From Octopus sinensis (lineage: Eukaryota), in contig NW_021833199.1 of the NCBI RefSeq assembly GCF_006345805.1, positions 1-28,884 on the forward strand: a DNA stretch of 28,884 bases, in the 5' to 3' direction. Positions 1 through 9,982 of this stretch are shown here, piece after piece; positions within the stretch are counted from its first letter, which is position 1; the number at the start of each line of letters is the position of its first letter. The notes under the pieces were generated by a model. It ran no database searches. It had not been told where the DNA came from and saw nothing but the letters and a program-made list of their open reading frames with translations. The position numbers and the translations under genes were made by a program.

Positions 1-207
1 TAGGAAGTCGGGGACAAGAAACAGGAAGAAAAGAGAAAGTTGGAGTGAAAGAGTACAACAGAGGTCGCCACCACCCCCTGCCGGAGCCTCGCGAGGCTTT
101 AAGTGTTTTCGCTCATAAACACGCACAACGCCCGGTCTGGGAATCGAAACTGCGATCCTCCGACTACGAGTCCGCTGCCCTAACCATTGGGCCATTGCGC
201 CTCCACA
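1..207 (-). mobile_element. tRNA-headed SINE, family A (3' part runs off window start)
   Basis: Reverse complement starts TGTGGAGGCGCAATGGCCCAATGGTTAGG (A-box-like) ... GTTTCGATTCCC (B-box-like). The same head and body recur at ~13115-13296 and the same head at 16434-16560. Confidence 0.8.
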
Positions 208-562
208 CTGCTGCTGGCTTTAGCTTACATGTTTTCGACACATTTATCTTTTTAAATTTTTTTTTTATTTCGATATTGTTGTGGAACTAAAGAAATCCTC
301 CATGTTATGGTAACAGAAGTGGTTGTATTTTTGTGGGTGGAGGAGATCCAAAAAAGTTTCATTGGAATACAGCACAATTTACATAATGGAGTCACTAGAA
401 CAATAGATTTTGCATTATAGAATTCCCCCTATTATTGCGAAGCTTTCAGGAATGCAACACTTCTAATAACACTGCAGATTGTTGAAATCAGGTTGGATTT
501 AAGTTGTCATTCTGTACAAATAGTTGTGTCAAATTATGACAATTGCTTTGGTATGACAAAAG

Positions 563-680
563 GAGAGAGAGAGAGAGAGAGAGGAGTCTTTGTATCTTCT
601 GTTTCTTTCTTTATATCTTTCTTTCTCTTTCTCTTCTTTTCTCTCTTTCTCTCTCTCTCTCTCTTTATTGTTTTTCTCTT
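563..680. repeat. (GA)n followed by CT-rich microsatellite
   Basis: Directly visible; explains the spurious ORFs at 493-787. Confidence 0.9.
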
Positions 681-1610
681 ATGATAAGAATACAGTTGAT
701 GTCACAATTACCAAACAGCATAAATCCGCAATCCATGACAGCCGTATATTGTTTTCATCTGGCAACAACATCATCTGTGTGATGTGAACAGCCCTAGGCA
801 ATATGCATCTGGATAACCACCGAATACAATCAGGAGTCTAAGCAAGGATAATTATATTTTTCTTGATTCACGAAAGATCTTATTATATAGAACAAATATA
901 GAAATAAAGCCCAATTGTAACAAGAATGAAATTCTGTAAGAGCTATGTCCACCGGCATTGCCTTGGGGCATAAATAATAATAATTCTATCTTAAAGAGCA
1001 TACCATGTGATATCAGGCATAGCAATTAAGTTAACATTATTCCTCAACTTCTCCATCATGAAATTGTAAATTTGGTTTCTTTTAAGTCATTAAGCTATGT
1101 CTTGCAGGAGAGCCAACTCCTAAACTTACTTTGGTTGGACTCCCACCTGATCCTTGAAGACAAAGTCACATCATCTAGAATCTCAATCCATCATTGCCAC
1201 CTTCAGTTTGTGGATAGAATACAGTCCCGTGTCTCACATTGAATTTGTTAATAAATGTAAGATGATGTCTCCCATGCTTGTTGGCACTATGCTGTGGGTC
1301 TCCAATGCACAAGTTTTGGTGCTTCTCTTTCCTGGTAATACATGCAATGACCTGGTACATGGAGATGTCATTCACTGAACTTGTTGGTCACGTTTGGAAA
1401 GCTTCCATAGAATGACTCATTGTTTAAGTACTGCTGTTATTACACATCCAGGACCATTTGTAGCATCCTTGTATAGTAGCCGTTTAAACTTTTCTTTGCT
1501 TTGATGATTTTAGGTTTTCTACCGAATTCATAGCTGACACTTGATGACTAAGCGTTCAAGTGTGCTACATAAAATGCTGAATTTATATTGATAAATTGGT
1601 CATCTACTAA

Positions 1611-1938
1611 TAGGAGCACTCCGTCGGTTGCAACGATGAGGGTCCCAGCTGATACGATCAACGGAACAGCCTGCTCATGAAATTAACGTGAAAATGGCTG
1701 AGCCCTCCATTGACACACATACCCCTAACGTAGTTCTCAGGGAGATTCAGCATGACAGAAAGTGTGACAAGGTCGGCCCTTTGAAATACAGGTACAACTC
1801 ATTTTTGCCAGCTGAGTGGACTGGAGCAACGTGAAATAAAGTGTCTTGCTCAAGGACTCAACCCATCGCCAGGAATAGAACTCACAACCTTACAATCGTG
1901 AGCCGAATGCCCTAACCACTAAGCCATGCGCCTTCACA
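1611..1938 (-). mobile_element. tRNA-headed SINE with CCTTGAGCAAGACACTTTA core (family E)
   Basis: Reverse complement: TGTGAAGGCGCATGGCTTAGTGGTTAGG (A box), GAGTTCTATTCC (B box), then CCTTGAGCAAGACACTTTATTTCAC. A related head and core occur at ~11005. Confidence 0.75.
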
Positions 1939-1953
1939 TTTACTATGATATAA

Positions 1954-2145
1954 GTGAAGGCATGTAGTTTAATAGCTAGGACATTAGGTACAGGTTTGTA
2001 GGATCGTTGGCGTTAAGAAGGGCACCCAGCTGTAGAAACTCTGCCAGATCAGATTGGAGTCTGGTTCGCAAGACCTCAGTCAAATCATCCAACCCATGCT
2101 AGCATGGAAAGCGGACATTAAATGATGATGATGATGATGATGATG
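1954..2145 (+). mobile_element. Short copy of the RTE family-1 3' terminus with (GAT)n tail, preceded by a degenerate tRNA-head-like stub
   Basis: GTTGGCGTTAAGAAGGGCACCCAGCTGTAGAAAC...AACCCATGCTAGCATGGAAAGCGGACATTAAA(TGA)n matches the 3' end of the LINE at 2743-2900 (minus) and 17580-17732. Confidence 0.8.
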
Positions 2146-2164
2146 GTTTTGATTTCTAGACTGA

Positions 2165-2330
2165 ACAGTGCATTGTGTCCTTGAGAAGAGCATTGTGTGC
2201 TTTCACATAGCTCCACTCTGCTCAGCTGAAGACAAGCACCATGTGTAGCTAGGATTAACCCTATGACTGACTGGAAGACAGTCCCGAGTGGTGGGGACAT
2301 CATTGCGCAATCAATATCTGAAATGCCAAG
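2165..2330 (+). mobile_element. Degenerate SINE core fragment
   Basis: TTGTGTCCTTGAG...TTTCACATAGCTCCACTCTGCTCAGCTG resembles the core of the 1611-1938 SINE; no clear ends. Confidence 0.3.
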
Positions 2331-2403
2331 AAAACCAAGTTAACCTAAAGGAGTCTGATTGCTTGCAAACAGAATTTAGTTTAACTGTTTTATTAGTTTT
2401 ATG

Positions 2404-2612
2404 CATATACATACATACATACAAACATACATATGCATACACACACATATATACATACATGCACACACATACATGCATACATACATACATACATACATAC
2501 ATATGCAAACACACACATCTATACATACATATGCAAACACACACATACATACGTAAATGCATGCATGTATAGGCACACACACACACACACACACACTGAC
2601 CCACACACATGC
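2404..2612. repeat. (TACA)n/(CA)n compound microsatellite
   Basis: Directly visible. Confidence 0.9.
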
Positions 2613-2911
2613 TCACAAACAAACAAAAGGGAACGCATTGTGAATAACGGACAGAGTCAAAACTATTGAAAAAGGTTGCAAGATGCAATGAAAATTTTAG
2701 GGAAATAAAAATAAGAAATAAGTGGAAATTTTACCGGTGAGTCATCATCATCATCATCATCATCGTTTAGCGTCCGTTTTCCATGCTAGCATGGGTTGGA
2801 CGGGTCAACTGGGGTCTGTGAAGCTGGAAGGCTTCGTCAGGCCCAGTCAGATCTGGCAGTGTTTCTACGGCTGGATGCCCTTCCTAACGCCAACCACTCC
2901 GCGAGTGTAGT

Positions 2912-3703
2912 GGGTTTTTTAATGCCACCCCACCTGCACAGGTGCCAGACAGAGCTGGCGAACGGCCACGAACGGATGGTGCTTTTACGTGTCCCAGCAC
3001 GGGGCCAGGCGATGCTGGCAACGGACACGAACGGATGGTGCTTTTACGTGCCACCGACACGGGGCCAGACAGAGCTGGCAAACGGCCACGAACGGCGGTG
3101 CTTTTACGTGTCACCGGCCACGGGGGCCAGCCGAGATTGCAACGACGCGAACGGATGGTGCTTTTACGTGCCACTGCACGGGGCCAGACAGAGCTGGCAA
3201 CGGCCACGAACGGATGGTGCTTTTACGTGTCACCGGCACGGGGCCAGCCGAGGCTGGCAACGGACGCGAACAGATGGTGCTTTTACGTGCCACCGACACG
3301 GTTGCCAGACAGAGCTGGCAAACGGCCACGAGCGGACGGTGCTTTTACGTGTCACCGGCACGGGGGCCAGCCGAGGCTGGCAACGGACACGGACGGATGG
3401 TGCTTTTACGTGCCACGACACGGGGCCAGACAGAGCTGGCAAACGGCCACGAACGGATGGTGCTTTTACGTGCCACCGACACGGGGCCAGTCAGAGCTGC
3501 CAACGGCCACGAACGGACGGTGCTTTTACGTGTCACCCCGGCACGGGGCCAGGCGAGGCTGGCAACGAACACGAACGGATGGTGCTTTTACGTGCCACCG
3601 ACACGGTTGCCAGGCAGAGCTGGCAAACGGCCATGAGCGAATGGTGCTTTTACGTATCACCGGCACGGGTGCCAGACGAGGCTGACAGCGGACACGAACA
3701 GAT
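2912..3703. repeat. ~59-62 bp minisatellite, 13 units, inside the RTE 3' UTR
   Basis: Anchor GGTGCTTTTACGT at 2978, 3037, 3097, 3157, 3216, 3276, 3338, 3399, 3459, 3519, 3581, 3643, plus a degenerate unit at 2912. Confidence 0.95.
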
Positions 3704-3750
3704 GGGTCACTTAACCCCTGCTTTCTGATATGATTTGATTTTGATTGTTC

Positions 3751-6700
3751 TCACTGGTCTTGCCGGTCTTCTCACGCACAGCATACTTCCATAGGTCTCG
3801 GTCTCTGGTCATTTCCTTGGTGAGACCTAGAGTTCGAAGGTCGTGCTTCACCACCTCGACCCAGGTTTTCCTGGGTCTACCTCTTCCACAGGTCCCCTCA
3901 ACTGCCAGGGTGTGGCACTTTTTCACACACCTATCTTCATCCATTCTCACCACATGACCATACCAGCGCAATCGTCTCTCTTGCACACAACATCTGATTC
4001 CTCTTAGGTCCAACTTTCTCTCAAGGTACTTACACTCTGTCGACTATGAACACTGACATTACACATCCAACGGAGCATACTAGCTTCATTTCTCGCGAGC
4101 TTACGCATGTCCTCAGCATCACGGCCCATGTTTCACTGCCATGTAGCATGGCTGTTCGTACACATGCATCATACAGTCTGCCTTTTACTCTGAGCGAGAG
4201 GCCTTTAGTCACCAACAGAGGTAAGAGCTCCCTAAACTTTGCCCAGGCTATTCTTACTCTAGCCGTTACACTTTCAGCACACCCACCCCCACTACTGACT
4301 TGGTCACCAAGATAACGGAAGCTATCAACTACTTCTAGTTTTTCCCCCTGGAAAGTGACGGAAGTTGTTTTCTGCAGATTTTCAGAGGTTAATGCTCCCG
4401 AGCATCTGCCACATACAAAAACCATCTTCCTAGTTAGCCTTCCTATGACATTGCTGCACCTCTTATGTGTCCATAGCTTACACTTGGTGCATCTTATAGA
4501 GTTTCTACCTACACCTTTTCTACAGATCGAGCAGGGCCATCTACCTGAAGGCGTTTGTGATTTGTCTACCTTCCTACTTATTACGACTTTGGTTTTAGCT
4601 AGGTTGACTCTAAGGCCCTTCGATTCTAAACCATGCTTCCACACCTGAAACTTCTCTCTCCAGTTCTGATAATGACTCAGCAATTAGAGCAAGGTCATCA
4701 GCATAGAGGAGCTCCCAGGGGCATCCTGTCTTGAATTCCTCCGTTATTGCCTGGAGGACTATGATAAATAGGAGGGGGCTGAGGACTGAGCCTTGGTGGA
4801 CCCCTACCTCTACCCAGAATTCTTCACTGTACTCATTTCCAACCCTCACCTTACTAGCAGCGTCCCTGTACATGGCTTGCACAGCTCTCACTAACCATTC
4901 TTCTATTCCTAGTTTCCTCATTGACCACCATATGAGGGATCGGGGACCCTGTCGAAGGCTTTCTCCATGTCAACAAAAGCCAGGTACAGGGCCTTATCTT
5001 TGGCTAGGTATTTCTCCTGCAGCTGCCTTACCAGGAATATAGCATCAGTGGTTTTTTCCCTGGCACGAAACCAAACTGCATCTCATCTAAACTAACTCTC
5101 TCTCTAATTAGTTGGCTTATGACCCTCTCTGTAACCTTCATCACCTGATCCAACAGCTTGATACTCTGTAATTATTTGTATCTAGGGCATCACCTTTACC
5201 TTTGTAGCAGTTGACTATTATGCTGCTACACCAGTCATTGGGTATGACTCCTTCATGTATCACCTGATTAACTATACAGGTGACTAGGCTATAGCCGACA
5301 CTACCAGATATTTTGAGCATCTCTGCAGTGATACCTGATGGGCCTGGGGCTTTCCCTGTCTTCATGCTTCTAATTGCCTTAGCTACTAAGGAACTATCAA
5401 CCCTGATAGCTGGTCCCTCTGTTGGGTCAACGTTCGGCAGACTCTCTTTATCCCATTCATTTTCTTTATTTAGCAACCTTTCATAGTGGCATCTCCAAGC
5501 CTCTCTCTTTGCATCCTCGTTTAGCGCAAGTGAACCATCTTCCATGCGAACACACTTCTCTCCCATCACATCATAATTTTCTCTCACACACTGTCTTGCA
5601 ACGCGAAACACCTCCAGTCTTTGGTCCTCACGGCGCAGAACATTGGCAAATTTTTTCTTATCTGCTTCCCCTCTGGCTAGATAGACCTGTCTCCTAGCTT
5701 CCCTTTTAGCAGTCTGATACAATTCCCTGCTACCACCATTCTTCCAGTGCTTCCAAGTCTGTCTCTTTTCTCTAATAGCCCTGTCTACGACACTGTTCCA
5801 CCACCACGTTACCTTGGGACGAGAGGGGACTTTGCACCAGCCACAGATCTGGTCAGTGGCTCTCAGCAGGTTGTCCCTTAGAAACGTCCAGTTGTCCTCT
5901 ACCCCATGTGATACACTATCCCCTTCTACTTCGTCAAAGGCTTCAAGTAACATGTCTCTAAATCTCTGTCCATTCACAGGATCCTTAAGCTTCCAGATCC
6001 TTCTTCTCCATGTTGGTCGTCTTCTGGTTGTCCTCCTACTCCTGATCCTAAAGTCACTAACTACCAGTCTATGTTGTGGGGTGCATTCTTCGCCTGGGAA
6101 GGTTTTGGCATTTATAAGTAGCCATCTCTCCCTTTGCCTGGCAAGGATGTAGTCAATTTGGCTGGTATGTTGGCCCGATCGGTAGGTGACTAGGTGGCTG
6201 GTAGGTTTCCTGAAGTTAGTGTTGCAAATCATAAGATTATTTGCATCGCAGAACTCCAGCAGCCTGGTTCCCTCCTCGTTGCGGGAACCAGAGCCATAGC
6301 CTCCATGTACGCCGTGGAAGCCCCCAGCATGTCGTCCAACGTGACCATTGAAGTCACCAGCCACAAAGAGAAGGTCTCTGTCGTTCGTCAACGAGGTAGT
6401 CTGCAGTAGAGTGTCATAGAATCGGTCTTTCTGTCCATCAGGTAGCCCCGACTGAGGAGCATAGGCTGATATAATGGTTGCTAAACTATGATGAAGCGCT
6501 AATCTAATCTTAAGTATTCTGTCGCATACTCTGATTACCTCAATTACTTTATCTACCCATTTCTCAGCGATAAGTATAATACCCACGCCTCCAACCCCGT
6601 CAGTGTTCCCTGCCCAGAAATCTTGTACCTGTGTTCCTTGCCTGTGAGGAACCTAGCAGAACCTCCTCTCCACCTTACTTCTTGCATACAACATATATCC

Positions 6701-6790
6701 ACACGTCTCCGTTCAAGCATCTCAACTATCTCGCCAGACCTACCTTTCATGTGCCACATTGAGGGTGCCAACCCCTGAGGTGTGGGAGGT
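3751..6790 (-). pseudogene. RTE ORF (~1010 aa once frameshifts are repaired): APE endonuclease + reverse transcriptase with inserted PHD-like finger
   Basis: EN motifs (VGTLNV, DICCMQEVRW, ISAYAPQ, VAGDFNGHVG, SQIDYIL, QHRLV). RT motifs (KAPGPSGI, NNYR, FVDMEKAFDRV, GVHQGSVLSPLLF, LLYADDL, FRYLG). RTE-type C-terminus (LHGSETWA, RRLRWYGHV, GRGRPRKTW). Broken by at least 7 single-base indels (~3765, 4120, 4665, 5055, 5165, 6620, 6755-6775). Confidence 0.95.
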
Positions 6791-7478
6791 ATGGGCCCTA
6801 GAGACCCTGCGTCGGTGGACAGTAGCTTCATGTACCTGAAAAGAAAGCTCGCATTTGGCAGAATTCATGAGCAAGTAATACAGTAGCCTTCATTCAACTG
6901 CATAACACTACCCATTCATATTTTGCACTGTATGATCATTACCTTACCTAGGTCGAAACTAGGGTGGGATGGTGAAAGAGCATTTGCAGTCTTGCAGGGA
7001 TGAAAAGAATAGGAACTTCCGGCATGTTGTGGAGGGGGTGGGTGGGCGGGTCAACCCCAACTAGCAAGAGGATTCTGTTAATCGTGATAGCAAGAAAGTA
7101 GGTTTTGAAAAGTATCAGAGAAGTCAATTTTTAGGGGAGACGATGAGTGGCTATGAAATGGGAGCAAATAGGGCATAGTGGAACAAGACGAAAGTGTCGA
7201 TAATATTTATTATTTGATAATTAAGATAGGCTTGGAGAGAGAGAGGTAAAATCTAAAATCTGAGTTCGTCAAGGAAGTCTTAACTGGACCCCAAACTAGC
7301 AAGAGGATTCTGTTAATAGAGGATTCTGTTAATAGAGGATTGTGTTACATAATAAGGCACAAAAAGAGAATGACTCTCCCCAGACACAACAACAATATGC
7401 TTCAACACATGAACTCATATAAAGTATCTTGCAAACCAAATCCAAAAACGAAATATTTTATTAGACTTGTAATTTAAA

Positions 7479-7895
7479 TTCTTTACTCTTTTATTCTTTT
7501 ACTTGTTTCAGTCATTTGACTGCGGCCATGCTGGAGCACCGCCTTTAGTCAAGCAAATCGACTCCAGGACTTATTCTTTCTAAGCCCAGTACTTATTCTA
7601 TCAGTCTCTTTTGCCGAACCGTTAAGTTACGGGGACATAAACACACCAGCATCGGTTGTCAAGCAATGCTAGGGGGACAAACACAGACACACAAACATAC
7701 ACACACATATATATATATATACATATATATGTCGGGTTTCTTTTCAGTTTCTGTCTACCAAATCCACTCACAAGGCTTTGGTCGGCCCGAGGCTATAGTA
7801 GAAGACATTTGCCTAGGATGCCACGCAGTGAGACTGAACCCGGAACCATGTGGTTGGTAAGCAAGCTACTTACCACACAGCTACTCCTGCGCCTA
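7479..7895 (-). mobile_element. Full-length tRNA-headed SINE with internal (TA)/(TG) microsatellite, family C
   Basis: Reverse complement: GGCGCAGGAGTAGCTGTGTGGTAAG (A box), GGTTCAGTCTC (B-box-like), GTGAGTGGATTTGGTAGAC, microsatellite, tail ...CCAGCATGGCCGCAGTCAAATGACTGAAACAAGTAAAAGAATAAAAG. Other copies at 15345, 17960 and 25693. Confidence 0.85.
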
Positions 7896-7904
7896 TATTA
7901 GCAT

Positions 7905-8078
7905 AAAGCAGCAAGCTGACAGAATCATTAACTGTCAGGGCAAAATGCTTAGTGGCATTTCATAACTTTATATTTTGAGTTCAAATACAGGGTCAATAAA
8001 ATAAGTACCAGTGGAGTTGATGTAATCAACTTACCCCTATTCCCAAAATTGCTGACCTTCAGCCAAAATTCAAAACCA
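7905..8078 (+). mobile_element. Internally deleted SINE, family D (tail type 1)
   Basis: GCAAGCTGACAGAATC...AAATGCTTAG...TGAGTTCAAAT...AAGTACCAG...CCCAAAATTGCTGACCTT; homologous to the minus-strand copies at 9358-9982. Confidence 0.7.
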
Positions 8079-8080
8079 AT

Positions 8081-8580
8081 CATCATCATCATCGTTTAAT
8101 GTCTGCTTTCCATGCTAGCATGGGTTGGACGATTTTGACTAGGGGTGGCGAACCAGATGGCTGCACCAGGCTCCAATCTTGATCTGGCAAAGTTTCTACA
8201 GCTGGATGCCCTTCCTAATGCCAACCACTCTGAGAGTGTAGTGGGTGCTTTTTACATGCCACCAGCACTGGGGCCAGACAGACGGTACTGGCAACAACCC
8301 CACTCGAATCTTTTTACACATGCCAACGGCACAGGTGCCAGTAAGGCAATGCTGCTAACGATCCCGCTCAAATTGTGCCTCCTACATGCCACCCGCACGG
8401 AAGCCAGTCACTCTGGCAATGATCACGCTCGGATGGTGCTCTTGGCACCCTACTAGCATGGGGCACAAGTGCCAGTAAGGCGAAGCTGGTAATGATCATA
8501 CTCGAATGGTGCCTTTTATGTGCCACTGGCACGGCAGCCGGTTAGCCGCTCTGTCAACGATCACCCTCGGATGGTGGTGC
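8081..8580 (-). mobile_element. 5'-truncated, diverged RTE family-1 3' UTR with ~5 decayed minisatellite units
   Basis: (CAT)n, terminal segment homologous to 2743-2912, then degenerate units (GGTGC-TTTT-ATGTGCCAC...GGCACGG...GCCAG). Confidence 0.8.
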
Positions 8581-9357
8581 ATTTCTATACATTGCTTGTT
8601 CAACTTTTAGTTTATGATAATATCCTCTTTGAGAAGTTTATAATATAAAGATTATCCATTGTTAAAGTTGTTGAGAAAAATTTTGGTCTTCACACAAATT
8701 TGCAAATAATTTTAACAGTTTTGTTTTATACCATTTCTTGGTATTTCTCATTGGTCTGTTTTTCTCTTTTTTTATATTCTAATTTGGCTTTATTAAACTT
8801 TAAATCATTTTTTTTTCTTGCCAACATTGCTTGCCAGGACAAAATAAAATATAAAGGAATTTTTTTTAAAAATCAAAGAAAATGATAAGCATATATTTTT
8901 CAAAGATCGTATTTAAAAAAAATCTGTCTATTTTTCAAGTAATGAACAATTTCAAATATCAAATATGACTGTTTCTATGTATGGATATTTTTGTATTTGT
9001 GTGTGTGTAGTGTAACAGTTATGACATTATTCTTTGTAAGAGATATTGGCAATATTTTGGTTGCGAGCAATCACTAAACTGTACATTTACAAAAATATCT
9101 CCCACTAAAATAACAAAAAAAAAACAAGGTTTTTTTTCTTTTACTTTTCTAACCAATATTCTAAACCTTACTAAATATTACAATTGGGTAATATTTCCCA
9201 AATACATTTTAAATGCTAAAAAAATTTTTATGCTTATATGTTTATGTAATTTCAGTTATCATTTGCTTTTGTCATTGAATGATTTTAAAAGCTGAAATTT
9301 AAAATTTAAAATAAAATTAATTAAAAAAAAAAATATTCTGACATTATTTTTAACAAT

Positions 9358-9982
9358 AATAGTTTCAAATTTTTCCCACAAGGGCAGTCATTTTGGAGTA
9401 GGGGATGAGTCAATTACATCATCCCCAGTGTTTCACTGGTACTTAATTTATAAACCCCGAAAGGATGAAAGGCAAAGTTGACCTTGGTAGAATTTGAACT
9501 CAGAGCATAAAGACAGATGAAATCCTGCTAAGCATTTCATCTGGCATACAACTATTCTTATTTCTTTATTGCCTAAACATAGAAAGGGCTAAACATAGAA
9601 GGGACAAACAAGGACAGACAAAAGGATTAAGTCGATTATATTGACCCCAGTGCGTAACTGGTACTTATTTAATCGACCCCGAAAGGATGAAAGGCAAAGT
9701 CGATCTCGGCGGAATTTGAACTCAGAACATAGCGGCAGAGGAAGTACCTGTTTCTTTATTACCCATAAGGGGCTAAACATAGAAGGGACAAACAAGGACA
9801 GACAAAGGGATTAAGTTGATTGCATCGACCCCAGTGCGTAACTGGTACTTAGTTTATTGACCCCGAAAAGATGATAGGCAAAGTCGACCTCGGCGGAATT
9901 TGAACTCAGAACTTAACGGCAGACAAAATACTGCTAAGCATTTCGCCTGGCGTGCTAACGTTTCTGCCAGCTTGCCACCTTT
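9358..9982 (-). mobile_element. Three head-to-tail family D SINEs (9358-9552 tail 1; 9554-9748 and 9749-9982 tail 2)
   Basis: GACCCCGAAAGGATGAAAGGCAAAGTCGACCTCGGCGGAATTTGAACTCAG-like block occurs three times. The 9749-9982 copy keeps a full head (TGGCAGAAACGTTAG ... GAGTTCAAATTCC). Confidence 0.88.

Larger units (their letters stand above)
2743..7082 (-). mobile_element. Near full-length RTE-clade non-LTR retrotransposon (family 1); 5' boundary uncertain
   Basis: On the minus strand: 5' non-coding region, single APE-RT reading frame (~6790 to 3751), 3' UTR with minisatellite, conserved terminal segment and (GAT)n tail at 2743. No TSD found. Confidence 0.92.

Noticed and set aside
690-1560. 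Possible exon or decayed coding sequence in unique-looking DNA (ORFs 1154-1378 + and 1175-1375 -)
   Set aside because: I could not recognise any motif reliably and found no consistent splice pair. tBLASTx/HMM searches would be needed.
2912-3703. CRISPR-like array (constant GGTGCTTTTACGT anchor with intervening sequence)
   Set aside because: The intervening segments are homologous to each other rather than unique spacers. There are no cas genes, the context is eukaryotic, and the array is part of a LINE 3' UTR.
2796-3728. Long repetitive ORFs (310, 247 and 215 aa) over the minisatellite
   Set aside because: Open frames on both strands follow from a GC-rich ~60-bp unit with few stop codons; they are antisense to the LINE and show no domain.
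6960-7082. HDV-like ribozyme in the RTE 5' region
   Set aside because: Such ribozymes are known in some RTE 5' UTRs, but I could not build the nested double pseudoknot from this sequence.
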